Program-made: the position numbers and the translations under genes
Notes under the pieces: generated by a model
The model's input: only the letters and a program-made list of their open reading frames with translations
The model's database searches: none
Told to the model about the DNA's origin: nothing
In this document: positions 14,022-26,816 of the stretch, in pieces
Layout: the number at the start of each line of letters is the position of its first letter
Position numbering within the stretch: the stretch's first letter is position 1
DNA from: Scyliorhinus canicula
Taxonomy: Eukaryota
Direction of reading: 5' to 3'
DNA: 64,000 bases
Assembly (NCBI RefSeq): GCF_902713615.1
Contig: NC_052146.1
Span: 83,593,982 to 83,657,981, forward strand

Positions 14022-14200
14022 AGAAACAGAAAATGCTGGAAAAGCTCAGCAGGTCTGGCAGCATCTGTGGAGAGAGAAACCGTTCGTCCGGATTCAAAAT
14101 GTTAACTCTGCTTCTCTCTCCCAGATGCTGACAGACCTGAAGTTTTCCAGCATTTATTTTTTATTTTTTATTTCCAGCATCTGCAGTGTCTAGCTTTTAT
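14022..14200. mobile_element. Palindromic Penelope-terminal-repeat-derived element
   Basis: Arms aatgctggaaaagctcagcaggtctggcagcatctgtggagagag / ctctctcccagatgctgacagacctgaagttttccagcatt. Related copies at ~9470-9560, 23087-23250, 31195-31340 and 63750-63913. Confidence 0.75.
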
Positions 14201-14299
14201 TTCGGAAAGGCACAACACATGAATTTCAAATATGGTTTGAAAGAAACAGCTTGCTGAACGAAGAAAATAATGAGTACCAAATAAATATGGGGACCTGCC

Positions 14300-17060
14300 T
14301 GTGTCTCGATGCCTCCGTCCCTCTGTGTCTGTCTCCGTCCCTCTGTGACTGTCTCCGTCCCTCTGTGACTGTCTCCGTCCCTCTGTGTCTGTCTCCGTCC
14401 CTCTGTGTCTGTCTCCGTCCCTCTGTGACTGTCTCCGTCCCTCTGTGACTGTCTCCGTCCCTCTGTGACTGTCTCCGTCCCCGTCCCTCTGTGTCTGTGT
14501 CTGTCTCCGCCCCTCTGTGTCTGTCTCCGTCCCTCTGTGTCTGTCTCCGTCCCTCTGTGACTGTCTCCGTCCCTCTGTGACTGTCTCCATCCCTCTGTGA
14601 CTGTCTCCGTCCCTCTGTGACTGTCTCCGTCCCTCTGTGACTGTCTCCGTCCCTCTGTGACTGTCTCCGTCCCTCTGTGACTGTCTCCGTCCCTCTGTGA
14701 CTGTCTCCGTCCCTCTGTGACTGTCTCCGTCCCTCTGTGACCGTCTCCGTCCCTCTGTGACTGTCTCTGTCCCCGTCCCTCTGTGTCTGTGTCTGTCTCC
14801 GTCCCTCTGTGTCTGTGTCTGTCTCCGTCCCTCTGTGTCTGTCTCCGTCTCCGTCCCTCTGTGTCTGTCTCCGTCCCTCTGTGTCTGTCTCCGTCCCTCT
14901 GTGTCTGTCTCCGTCCCTCTGTGTCTGTCTCCGTCCCTCTGTGTCTGTCTCCGTCTCTCTGTGTCTGTCTCCGTCCCTCTGTGTCTGTCTCCGTCCCTCT
15001 GTGTCTGTCTCCGTCCCTCTGTGTCTGTCTCCGTCCCTCTGTGTCTGTCTCCGTCCCTCCTGTGTCTGTCTCCGTCCCTCTGTGTCTGTCTCCGTCCCTC
15101 TGTGTCTGTCTCCGTCCCTCTGTGTCTGTCTCCGTCCCTCTGTGTCTGTCTCCGTCCCTCTGTGTCTGTCTCCGTCCCTCTGTGTCTGTCTCCGTCCCTC
15201 TGTGTCTGTCTCCGTCCCTCTGTGTCTGTCTCCGTCCCTCTGTGTCTGTCTCCGTCCCTCTGTGTCTGTCTCCGTCCCTCTGTGTCTGTCTCCGTCCCTC
15301 TGTGTCTGTCTCCGTCCCTCTGTGACTGTCTCCGTCTCTCTGTGTCTGTCTCCGTCTCTCTGTGTCTGTCTCCGTCCCTCTGTGTCCGTCTCCGTCCCTC
15401 TGTGTCTGTGTCTGTCTCCTTCCCTCTGTGTCTGTCTCCGTCCCTCTGTGTCTGTCTCCGTCTCTCTGTGTCTGTCTCCGTCTCTCTGTGTCTGTCTCCG
15501 TCCCTCTGTGACTGTCTCCGTCCCTCTGTGACTGTCTCCGTCCCTCTGTGACTGTCTCCGTCCCTCTGTGACTGTCTCCGTCCCTCTGTGTCTGTCTCCG
15601 TCCCTCTGTGTCTGTCTCCGTCCCTCTGTGTCTGTCTCCGTCCCTCTGTGTCTGTCTCCGTCCCTCTGTGTCTGTCTCCGTCCCTCTGTGTCTGTCTCCG
15701 TCCCTCTGTGTCTGTCTCCGTCCCTCTGTGTCTGTCTCCGTCCCTCTGTGTCTGTCTCCGTCCCTCTGTGTCTGTCTCCGTCCCTCTGTGTCTGTCTCCG
15801 TCCCTCTGTGTCTGTCTCCGTCCCTCTGTGTCTGTCTCCGTCTCTCAGTGTCTGTCTCCGTCCCTCTGTGTCTGTGTCCGTCCCTCTGTGTCTGTGTCTG
15901 TCTCCGTCCCTCTGTGTCTGTCTCCGTCCCTCTGTGTCTGTCTCCGTCCCTCTGTGTCTGTGTCCGTCCCTCTGTGTCTGTCTCCGTCCCTCTGTGTCTG
16001 TCTCCGTCCCTCTGTGTCTCTCCGTCCCTCTGTGTCTGTCTCCGTCTCTCTGTGTCCGTCCCTCTGTGCTGTCTCCGTCCCTCTGTGTCTGTCTCCGTCC
16101 CTCTGTGTCTGTCTCCGTCCCTCTGTGTCTCTCTCCGTCCCTCTGTGACTGTCTCCGTCCCTCTGTGTCTGTCTCCGTCCCTCTGTGTCTGTGTCCGTCC
16201 CTCTGTGTCTGTCTCCGTCCCTCTGTGACTGTCTCCGTCCCTCTGTGACTGTCTCCGTCCCTCTGTGACTGTCTCCGTCCCTCTGTGTCTGTCTCCGTCC
16301 CTCTGTGTCTGTCTCCGTCCCTCTGTGTCTGTCTCCGTCCCTCTGTCTCTGTCTCCATCCCTCTGTCTCCGTCCCTCTGTGTCTGTGTCTGTCTCCGTCC
16401 CTCTCCGTCCCTCTGTGTCTGTCTCCGTCCCTCTGTGTCTGTCTCCGTCCCTCTGTGTCTGTCTCCGTCCCTCTGTGTCTGTCTCCGTCCCTCTGTGTCT
16501 GTCTCCGTCCCTCTGTGTCTGTCTCCGTCCCTCTGTGTCTGTCTCCGTCCCTCTGTGTCTGTCTCCGTCCCTCTGTGTCTGTCTCCGTCCCTCTGTGTCT
16601 GTCTCCGTCCCTCTGTGTCTGTCTCCGTCCCCTCTGTGTCTGTCTCCGTCCTCTGTGTCTGTCTCCGTCCCTCTGTGTCTGTCTCCGTCCCTCTGTGTCT
16701 GTCTCCGTCCCTCTGTTGTCTGTCTCCCGTCCCTCTGTGTCTGTCCTCCGTCCCTCTGTGTCTGTCTCCGTCCCGTCTGTGTCTGTCTCCGTCCCTCTGG
16801 TCTGTCCTCCGTCCCCTGTGACTGGTCTCCGTCCCTCTGTGTCTGTCTCCTTCTCTCTGTGCCTGTCTCCGTCCGTCCCTCTGTGACTGTCTCCGTCCTC
16901 TGTGTCTTCCTCCGTGCCCTCTGTGTCTTCTCCGTCCCTCTGTGTCTGTCTCCGTCCTCTGTGTCTGTCTCCGTCCGCTCCTGTGTCTGTCTCCGTCCCT
17001 CTGTGTCTGTCTCCGTCCCTCTGTGTCTCTCTCCGTCCCTCTGTGTCTGTCTCCGCCCCT
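14300..17060. repeat. 20-bp minisatellite (ctctgtgtctgtctccgtcc), about 138 copies
   Basis: Direct inspection; variant ctctgtgactgtctccgtcc; indel-rich near 16620-17050. Confidence 0.98.
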
Positions 17061-20000
17061 CTCCGCACTCTCCGCCCCCTCCGCACTCTCCGCCCCCTCC
17101 GCACTCTCCGCCCCCTCCGCACTCTCTGCCCCCTCCGCACTCTCCGCCCCCTCCGCACTCTCCGCCCCCCTCCGCACTCTCCGCCCCCTCCGCACACTCC
17201 GCCCCCTCCGCCCCCTCCGCACTCTCCGCCCCCTCCGCACTCTCCGCCCCCTCCGCACTCTCCGCCCCCTCCGCACTCTCCGCCCCCTCCGCACTCTCCG
17301 CCCCCTCCGCACTCTCCGCCCCCTCGCACTCTCTGTCCCCCTCGCACTCTCTGTCCCCCTCGCACTCTCTGTCCCCCTCGCACTCTCTGTCCCCCTCGCA
17401 CTCTCTGTCCCCCTCGCACTCTCTGCCCCCTCCGCACTCTCTGTCCCCCTCGCACTCTCTGCCCCCTCCGCACTCTCTGCCCCCTCCGCACTCTCCGCCC
17501 CCTCCGCACTCTCCGCACTCTCCGCCCCCTCCGCACTCTCCGCACTCTCCGCCCCCTCCGCACTCTCTGCCCCCTCCGCACTCTCCGCCCCTCCGCACTC
17601 TCTGCCCCCTCCGCACTCTCCGCCCCCTCCGCACACTCCGCCCCCTCCGCACTCTCCGCCCCCTCCGCACTCTCCGCCCCCTCCGCACTCTCCGCCCCCT
17701 CCGCACTCTCCGCCCCTCCGCACACTGCCCCCTCCGCACTCTCCGCCCCTCCGCACTCTCCGCCCCCTCCGCACTCTCCGCCCCCTCCGCACTCTCGCCC
17801 CCTCCGCACTCTCCGCCCCTCCGCACTCTCCGCCCCCCCCTCCGCACTCTCCGCCCCCTCCGCACTCTCTGCCCCCTCCGCACTCTCCGCCCCCTCCGCA
17901 CTCTCAGCCCCCTCTGCACTCTCCGCCCCCTCCGCACTCTCTGCCCCTCCGCACTCTCCGCCCCTCCGCACTCCCTCCCTCCGCACTCCCCCCCTCCGCA
18001 CTCTCCTCCCTCCGCACTCCCCCCCTCCGCACTCTCCTCCCCCTCCGCCCCTCCGCATCTCCGCACTCTCCGCCCCTCCGCACACTCCCCCCCTCCGCCC
18101 CCCCGCACTCTCCGCCCCCTCCGCACACTCCGCCCCCTCCGCACACTCCGCCCCCTCCGCACTCTCCGCCCCCTCCGCACTCTCCGCCCCCTCCGCACTC
18201 TCCGCCCCCTCCGCACTCTCCGCCCCTCCGCCCTCTCCGCCCCTCCGCACTCTCCGCTCCCTCCGCACTCTCCCCCCCTCCGCACTCCCTCCCTCCGCAC
18301 TCTCTCCCCTCCGCACTCTCTCCCTCCGCACTCTGCCCCCTCCGCACCCTCTCCCCTCCGCACACTCCCCCCCTCCGCACTCTCCGCCCCCTCCGCACTC
18401 TCCGCCCCCTCCGCACTCTCCCCCCTCCGCACTCTCCGCCCCCTCCGCACTCTCCGCCCCCTCCGCACTCTCCGCCCCCTCCGCACTCTCCGCCCCCTCC
18501 GCACTCTCAGCCCCCTCCGCCCCCTCCGCACTCCGCCCCCTCCGCACTCTCCGCCCCCTCCGCACTCTCAGCCCCCTCCGCACTCTCTGCCCCCTCCGCA
18601 CTCTCTGCCCCCTCCGCACTCTCTGCCCCCTCCGCACTCTCTGCCCCCTCCGCACTCTCTGCCCCCTCCGCACTCTCTGCCCCCTCCGCACTCTCCGCCC
18701 CCTCCGCACTCTCCGCCCCCTCCGCACTCTCCGCCCCCCTCCGCACTCTCCGCCCCCTCCGCACACTCCGCCCCCTCCGCCCCCTCCGCACTCTCCGCCC
18801 CCTCCGCACACTCCGCCCCTCCGCACACTCCGCCCCCTCCGCACTCTCTGCCCCCTCCGCACTCTCCGCCCCCTCCGCACTCTCCGCCCTCTCCGCACTC
18901 TCTGCCCCCTCCGCACTCTCTGCCCCCTCCGCACTCTCTGCCCCCTCCGCACTCTCCGCCCCCTCCGCACTCTCCGCCCCCTCCGCACTCTCCGCCCCCT
19001 CCGCACTCTCCGCCCCCTCCGCACTCTCCGCCCCCTCCGCACTCTCCGCCCCTCCGCACTCTCCGCCCCCTCCGCACTCTCTGCCCCTCCGCACTCTCCG
19101 CCCCCTCCGCACTCTCTGCCCCCTCCGCACTCTCTGCCCCCTCCGCACTCTCTGCCCCCTCCGCACTCTCTGCCCCCTCCGCACTCTCTGCCCCCTCCGC
19201 ACTCCGCCCCCTCCGCACTCTCAGCCCCCTCTGCACTCTCCGCCCCCTCCGCACTCTCCGCCCCCTCCGCACTCTCCGCCCCTCCGCCCCCTCCGCACTC
19301 TCCGCCCCCTCCGCACTCTCCGCCCCCTCCGCACTCTCTGCCCCCTCCGCACTCTCAGCCCCCTCCGCACTCTCCGCCCCTCCGCACTCTCCGCCCCCTC
19401 CGCACTCTCCGCACTCTCCGCCCCCTCCGCACTCTCCGCCCCCTCCGCACTCTCCGCCCCCTCCGCACTCTCCGCCCCCTCCGCACTCTCCGCCCCCTCC
19501 GCACTCTCCGCACTCTCCGCACTCTCAGCCCCCTCCGCACTCTCTGCCCCCTCCGCACTCTCTGCCCCCTCCGCACTCTCAGCCCCCTCCGCACTCTCAG
19601 CCCCCTCCGCACTCTCCGCCCCTCCGCACTCTCCGCCCCCTCCGCACTCTCCGCCCCCTCCGCACTCTCCGCCCCCTCCGCACTCTCCGCCCCCTCCGCA
19701 CTCTCCGCCCCCTCCGCACTCTCCGCCCCCTCCGCCCCCTCCGCACTCTCCGCCCCCTCCGCACTCTCAGCCCCCTCCGCACTCTCTGCCCCCTCCGCAC
19801 TCTCCGCCCCCTCCGCACTCTCTGCCCCCTCCGCACTCTCTGCCCCCTCCGCACTCTCTGCCCCCTCCGCACTCTCTGCCCCCTCCGCACTCTCTGCCCC
19901 CTCCGCACTCTCCGCCCCCTCCGCACTCTCTGCCCCCTCCGCACTCTCCGCCCCCTCCGCACTCTCTGCCCCCTCCGCACTCTCTGCCCCCTCCGCCCCC

Positions 20001-20090
20001 TCCGCACTCTCCGCCCCCTCCGCACTCTCTGCCCCCTCCGCACTCTCTGCCCCCTCCGCACTCTCTGCCCCCCGCACTCTCTGCCCCCCT
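17061..20090. repeat. 18-bp C-rich minisatellite (ccccctccgcactctccg), about 168 copies
   Basis: Direct inspection; abuts the 20-mer array; the - strand is G-rich. Confidence 0.98.
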
Positions 20091-20654
20091 CTCCTCTGGC
20101 CCCGCTCAGAAAGCATTTTGCTCCGGATTTTACTGTCCTAAGGTAGAGAAAGATCCATTGCCATACCTTGTTTCCTCTTTCCCAAGGCAGTTACCTTAGT
20201 CCACATAACTGCTGCACTTCTCCATTGGTCGTACGATCCCCTTTCAGAAAATAAGGGGGGTAGCCATATCCAGCCATCTTTATCCTAGGTCTAGCCATGT
20301 ATCCTTTTTTTTTCTCTTCTCACTCACTCCTTGGTTTGGTCTGGAAAAGTTGTATCTTTCAACCCTTCACATTTGCACAGCAGCCATCCTCAGGTACCAT
20401 TTGTTAGACGTTTAGCTGCTGTTGTATAGCATCAAAGGTTCTGCTCCTTTTCCACAAACACCTTTATTTCACTTTTAATAGATTCTGCACAAAACTCTAT
20501 CATTGCATCACCTGACACAAAGGCCATCTGTCGGCCCTTTACATATCAGTGTCAATTATTGGATACTTAACGTAAATGAGACAACTAATTGGAATGTCTC
20601 TTAACCCATTACTTAACAAAGACGGAGTTTCATTCTGGGGCCTGGCTGTCTGGT

Positions 20655-21985
20655 ATCACAGAATTTCTACGGTACAGAAGGAGATAATTCGGCCCATTGT
20701 ATCTGCACCAGCTCTCCAAATGAGCATCATAACTTGGTGCCATTCACCTGCCTTTTCCCCTCACCCCTGTACATTGTTTATATTCATATCATTCTCCAGC
20801 GCTCTCTTTAATGCCTTGTTTGAACCTGCCTCCACCACGCTTCCAGGCTGTGCATTCCGGACCTCAACCACTCGCTGTGCGAATAATTTTTTTCTCACAT
20901 CACGTTTGCTTCTTTTTCACATCACTTCAAATCTGTGCCCCCTCGTTCTTGATGCTTTTACAAGCGGGATCAGTTTTTCCCTAACTGCTCCGTTCAGCCT
21001 CCTCATAGTTTTGAATATCTCTATCTAATCTCCTCTTAGCCACCATCTCTCCAAGCAGAACAGTCCCAACCTCTCCAATCACTCCATCTGACTGAAGTTT
21101 CTCATCCCTGGACCCATTCTTGTAAACCTCCTCGTCACTCTCTCCAATGCGCTCACATCCTTCCTATAGTGTGGCGGCCAGAACTGTGCACAATATTCCA
21201 GCTGAGGTCTAACTAGTGACTTGTATAAGTTCAGCATAGCCTCCTTGTTCTTGTACTCTATGCCCCTATTAATAAAGCCCAGAATACCATCCATTTTATT
21301 AATTGCTCTCCACCTGTCCTGCCACCTTCAATGATCTAAGAACATATGAATCACTCTGCTCCTATACTCCTATAAGAATTTTACTTCTTATTTTGTATTG
21401 TCTCTCCATGTTCTTCCTCACAAAATATATTACCTCACACTACTCTGCCCACTCCAACTTGTCTATATCCTTCTGAAGTTCTACACTATCCTTTTCACAG
21501 TTTACAGTACTTCCATGTTTTGTCATCCGCAAACTTTGAAATTGTTCCCTGCACATATCCGGGGTCATGGGGAAAAGGCAGGAGAATGAGGATGAGAAAA
21601 ATATCAGCCATGATTGATTGGCAGAGCACACTTGATGGGCCGAGTGGCCTAATTCTTTTGGTCTTACATCTGGAAAAGCAAGGGTCCCAATACTGACTCC
21701 TGGGGGACACCATTACAAACCTTCTTCCAGCCTGAAAAATAACCATTGACTATTACTCTCTGCTTTCTATTATTCAGCCAATTTTGTATCCACATTGCTA
21801 CTGTCCCTTTTATTCCATGAGCTATAACCTTTGTCACAAGTCTGTTGTGTGGCACTGTATCAAATGCCTTCTGAAAGTCCACATCAACAGAATTACCCTC
21901 ATCGACCCTTTCAGTTACCTCTTCAAAACACTCCACCAAGTTAGTCAAATGATTTCTCCATTAGAAATCCATGCTGGAACTTCCT
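20655..21985 (-). mobile_element. CR1 LINE RT fragments
   Basis: DFQKAFDTVPHNRL, GVPQESVLGPLLF, KFADDKT, LVRPQLEYCAQFWPPHY. Confidence 0.9.
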
Positions 21986-22445
21986 AATGAACCCAAAGTA
22001 CCAGTAGCTGGGATCGTGACACTGGCTTTGACCTCTAAACTGAGATGATGTGTCTGAGAATGAGGATAACGCAGATTTTTTTGTGCTGATGATACTCCAT
22101 GGCTTGACTTGCAGGAAGAATGGCCATAATAGTACACTGCAATAAAACAATTCTTTTCTAAATTAAGAGGTGGAAATTGGTTATTTGGGGGGGGGGGGGG
22201 GGGGGGGGGGGCAGGAATGCAGAAGGAGCGACTAAAAATACCCTTTATCAACATGGAAGATGAGTACTTGCTTACAATTATGTGAGGAACCTGGGTGCGA
22301 GGGGTTGCTGGGATTTGAACTGTGTAATTTGGATACAGGCAACACTGCCAATATCTTCACCAGTGTTTTATTTCAGACAAACATTGCTACAGATTTCTGA
22401 ACGTTACGAATTTCAAATACCTCTTTTAAAAAATGACAATCGAAT

Positions 22446-22655
22446 GGGCAGCATGGTGGTGTAGTGGTTAGCATTGCTGCCTCACGGCGCCGAGGTTCCA
22501 GCTTCGATCCCGGCCCTGGGTAACTGTCCGTGTGGAGTTTGCACATTCTCCCAATGTTTCCACAACCCAAAGATGTGCAGGTTAGGTGGATTGGCCACGC
22601 TAAATTGCCCCTTAATTGGAAAAAAATGAATTGGGTACTCTAAATTTAGTTTAAA
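22446..22655 (+). mobile_element. tRNA-derived SINE (short form)
   Basis: gggcagcatggtggtgtagtggttagca...ttcgatccc. Confidence 0.88.
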
Positions 22656-22897
22656 AATGGCAATCAAAAAAATTATGATTATAGAATATTAATTGCGCAC
22701 GGTTGAAATCTTGTAATTCACTTAAATTCCCTTTGGCGTGACAAATTTTGCATCACAGGAAATCACATTTTCATTTTTTATCGGACCAATTTTAAATACA
22801 ATTGGATGATTTGTCCATTAGCACGGGCCTACAATGACCCAAATATCCCTGGTATAAATTTTAGAACCTGATCTGCTGTAACTAATTGCAACCGACA

Positions 22898-23054
22898 TGG
22901 GCCTAGATTTTCCATCCCGCCAGAATTCTGGTTCAGCATACCGGCGGGATGCTCGGTTATGCCGAGGGTTTCCCATTGTGGGGAGCCCCACACTGTCGGG
23001 AAACTCACGGGCTGCTGGCAAAACGGAGCATCCCATTGGCCGAGAATCCAGCCC
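22898..23054. mobile_element. Short Harbinger-type MITE
   Basis: Ends gggcctagattttcc / gagaatccagccc. Confidence 0.7.
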
Positions 23055-23693
23055 TTGAAATCTGCAGCAAATTAACATTTCGGAGGTGAAAGCAAAATAT
23101 TGCAGATGTTGGAAATCTGAAATTTAAAAAAAGTACTGGAAAACCTCAGCAGGTCTGGCAGCATCTGTGGAGAGAGAGAGAGACAGTTAAATGTTTGAGT
23201 CCAATGTGACTCGACCAGCTGTGTTTTTTTCCAGCACTTTATTTTTCTGCTAGTATTTCAGAGGATTCAGTTGCAGCCGTGTTGATCTTATCATGGTCTG
23301 TCTTTGTTGTGAAGACTAGACTATCTAATTTGACAGAGCAGGTCAAATATTTAGCTCTTGTGTTAAAATACCAGCTGTTACTACTGGACAGTCAGGTTTT
23401 GTTTAACGAGGTGGAAGAAGAGAGTCACGGGATTTCCAATTAACTTTTAACAAAGGAATCAAACCTTTCTTAAACGAGAAAAGATTAACTATAATGCTAC
23501 TCCTTCACCCATATCTTCACAGATGTACACACATTTATAAGGATAACGCGAGTTCCAAACTATATCTTTTACTCTAATCTTCAACAGGCCAACTGTGGTT
23601 AGACACAGCACACTCTGGAACCAAGTGGTTAATGTCATCCAATATGAATTCAGTGGATTTCTCATTAAGTCCCCCAGATGCGGGACAGCATGT

Positions 23694-23990
23694 GCGGCAC
23701 GGTAGCACAGTGGTTAGCACTGTTGTTTCACATCGCCAGGGTCCCAGGTTCGATTCCCTGTTTGGGTCACTGTTTGTGCAGAGTCTGCACGCTCTCCCTG
23801 TGTTTGCGTGGGTTTCCTCCGGGTGTTCCGGTTTCCTCCCATGAGTCCCGAAAGACGTGCTGTTAAGTCATTTTGGACATTCTGAATTCTCCCTCCATGT
23901 ACCCAAGACAGGCGCCGGAATGTGGCGACGAGGGGCTTTTCACAGTAACTTAATTGCAGTGTTAATGTCAGCCTACTTGTGACAATAAAG
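23694..23990 (+). mobile_element. tRNA-derived SINE with an alternative 3' tail
   Basis: V-like core followed by ggcgccggaatgtggcgac...gtgacaataaa. Confidence 0.85.
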
Positions 23991-24476
23991 TATTTTCAAA
24001 CTCTGCCCTCTAAGAAAATGCTTGGAACCTTCCCCAAAGCTTCCTCTTAAGAGCCTTCAACAAGAATCCAATCCCACGATTTCAATCTTACCTTTTGGTA
24101 TTTCTCTGCCTCAGATTGCTACGGGCATTCAGGTTCCACACAATCTCTCAGCTAACCAGCCAAGCCGGAACACCACTTGTTCACAGGCATTAAACCAAAC
24201 ATTTTATTTACCTCGGATGTCTTGCTTCTCACGTGGCCAACATTAAATTTGGTTCTTGCAGCTGTCTTTTCAACTCTGAGCACTTCCTCGACTTTTCACT
24301 TGAATTCTTCTGAACGCTCCCCTCAAATAATAATCAAACAAAGTAGCGAGCTTTTTACCCAGTGTATGTATCGTTTTGAAGGAACGATCTCTCAATGTTC
24401 TGGGCCACTGATCATAAAAAATGAGCTGGGGAAGCACACAGACTCGGATCTCTTTGTCCGGGAGTCAGTCTCTCCG

Positions 24477-24712
24477 GGTGGCATGGTGGCGCAGTGGTTA
24501 GCACAGCGCCAGGGACCCGGGTGCAATCCCGACCTCGGGTGACTGCCTGCGTGGAGTTTGTACATTCTCCCCGTGTCTGCGTGGATTTCTTCCCCCGTGC
24601 TCCGCAGTTTCCTCCCCACCGTCCAAAGATTTGCAGGTTAAGTGGATTAGCCAATGCTAAATTGCCCTTGGTGTCCAGGGATGTGCCGGTTCGGTGGGGT
24701 TATGGGGTTGTA
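24477..24712 (+). mobile_element. tRNA-derived SINE
   Basis: Same head and core. Confidence 0.85.
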
Positions 24713-24864
24713 GGAATAAAAGAGTCTTGCATTAATTCCTATCTTTAGTATGCATTGCTATTCAGATTCATTAGTGGAAATAGCTTGTCATTTTCAATAT
24801 TGGATTTTTCTCCCATGGTTTGGGTTGATATTTTAAGTCCTGTGATGTGTTGTCCCTGTCACAG

Positions 24865-25012
24865 GATGAAGATGATGCGTCCCTCAGTGAGAGCTCCAAA
24901 TCCTGTACACCTAGTGATGAAGTTTGGGCCACAACGAGGTCACTTCCACCACCAACTCCTGGTGAAGTCCGGAAGGATTTGCTGCCCTCTCGATCAGGAG
25001 CAATCCCAACAG
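24865..25012 (+). CDS. KIAA1522: KIAA1522/NHSL3 internal exon (DEDDASLSESSKSCT...KDLLPSRSGAIPT-G)
   Basis: Acceptor tgtccctgtcacag| and donor |gtatct; 148 nt, phase 0 to 1. Resembles human DEDNISFCSQTTS...EDALSIRSEMIQRKG as I recall it. Confidence 0.8.
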
Positions 25013-25260
25013 GTATCTATCAAATTGTGTTGGGGAAAAAAACTCGGCTATGCAAATCTGTTATTCTTCCCAAGCAAGAGGAACAGGTTGGATTTAGATA
25101 ACTTTAAATTAACATGTTTGCTGTTGGATGAATCAGACTTTCAATGGAATGGATCCATTAACTTACTTTGCCTGAAATTGAATTTGAATTTTAAAGTGAA
25201 TTCCTCTTGTAGCTAAGATAACAGTTTCTTCTGACTGGAAAAGGTATCATGAATTTAAAA

Positions 25261-25470
25261 AGTGGTTAGCACTGCTGCTTCACGGCGCTGAGGTCCCAGG
25301 TTCGATCCCGGCTCTGGGTCACTAGCCGTGTGGAGTTTGCACATTCTCCCCGTGTTTGCTTGGGTTTCACTCCCACAACCCAAAACATGTGCAGGCTAGG
25401 TGGATTGGCCAGACTACATTACCCCTTAATTGGAAAAAATGAATTGGGTACACTAAATTTAATTTAAAAA
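25261..25470 (+). mobile_element. tRNA-derived SINE (short form)
   Basis: Same head and core. Confidence 0.85.
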
Positions 25471-25701
25471 AATTTAATTTAGAAAGTGTAGCAGTGAAAG
25501 ATACCTTGATTACCTGAAGCATTTATGCGGTCAAAGTTTCATACCTTGCACCTACTTAAATGTTCTCGTTCTGAGAATTTATTCTCCTGCGAAAAGGTGG
25601 AAAATCCCACTCCTTAAATCTGAACATTTTACTAAAGTGCATCCTGCCACCTACTGGCGCTGCTAGGAACTGTCTAAAGTTAGTCAAATGATTTTGAAAG
25701 A

Positions 25702-26005
25702 TGATGAGACCATCGATTCACGCGACACGTGGTTAGAAGTGAACAGTGGTTTTAATCGTCTTACAACAGAGCCTGCCTGTGACACGATGAACTCCAGATG
25801 AACTGGCAGGCAGGCTCTCAGCATCAACCTTTATACTTCCGGTTAGGGGGAGGAGCCAAGGGTGGAGCCCAGTACAAACTTCCGTACACTCCCAGTGCAT
25901 CTCCCCCTAGTGGCAGAGCAGCGCAACTGCTCGTGTGCCGAGCTTACAGAGACATAGTACAACATGTGTAATACAGTGTGAATTACGCTAGAGTGATTCA
26001 CCACA
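25702..26005. mobile_element. Probable solo LTR (~304 bp)
   Basis: Starts tgatga and ends ccaca; flanks aaaga/aaagt form an imperfect TSD. Confidence 0.6.
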
Positions 26006-26132
26006 AAAGTCAACTGGTTTTAGGACGTCGCAAGGTTCCAGTTGGCCATTCTGTGCTGAATAAATCAAACCAGGGTTACCATGGGCTGACAGAGAATCAG
26101 CTTAGAGTTAATAGTGCCCCATTGGGGCACCC

Positions 26133-26482
26133 CGGGCAGCATGGTAGCATTGTGGATAGCACAATGGCTTCACAGCTCCAGGGTCCCAGGTTCAATTCCG
26201 GCTTGGGTCACTGTCTGTGCGGAGTCTGCACATCCTCCCCATGTGTGCGTGGGTTTCCTCCGGGTGCTCCGGTTTCCTCCCACAGTCCAAAGATGTGCAG
26301 GTTAGGTGGATTGGCCATGATAAATTGCCCTTAATGTCCAAAATTGCCCTTAGTGTTGGGTGGGGTTACTGGGTTATGGGGATAGGGTGGAGGTGTTGAC
26401 CTTGGGTAGGGTGCTCTTTCCAAGAGCCGGTGCAGACTCGATGGGCCGAATGGCCTCCTTCTGCACTGTAAATTCTATTATT
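26133..26482 (+). mobile_element. HE1/V-type SINE, full length
   Basis: Head, core and CR1-like tail atgggccgaatggcctccttctgcactgta. Confidence 0.9.
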
Positions 26483-26559
26483 TTTTTAAAAATTGGCTAT
26501 CATGGAGGCAATATCAACAACTTGAATTCTGATAGGGGACTGATACGGATCCAAGGAAA

Positions 26560-26815
26560 TTTGGCAAATAGGATCCAGAATTGAATGAGTGACAGGAAGC
26601 AGAGGATGATGTTCAAGGAGTATTTTTCCATCTGTGTCCAGTGGGGTCCTGCAAGGATCAGAGTTGGGGCCCTTGCTGCTTGTGGTGAATATAAATGATT
26701 TACACGTGAATGTAGGAGGGTTAATCAGTAAGTTTGTGGATGCTACAAAAATTGATGGGGTGGCAAATAGTGAGGATAGTCTTCGATTACAGGAGGATAT
26801 AGATGGACTGATCAG
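26560..26815 (+). mobile_element. CR1 RT fragment
   Basis: SGVLQGSELGPLL...INDL...SKFVDATKI. Confidence 0.85.
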
Positions 26816-26816
26816 G

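Noticed and set aside
14197-20199. 1000-1444 aa ORFs (Arg/Gly-rich, extensin-like PPPHS, AESAEG)
   Set aside because: They are open in nearly all frames on both strands because the 20-mer and 18-mer units lack stops; frameshifting unit variants show no coding constraint.
23365-24300. Possible additional solo LTR around the 23694 SINE
   Set aside because: Composition is suggestive, but I could not define the ends or a TSD.
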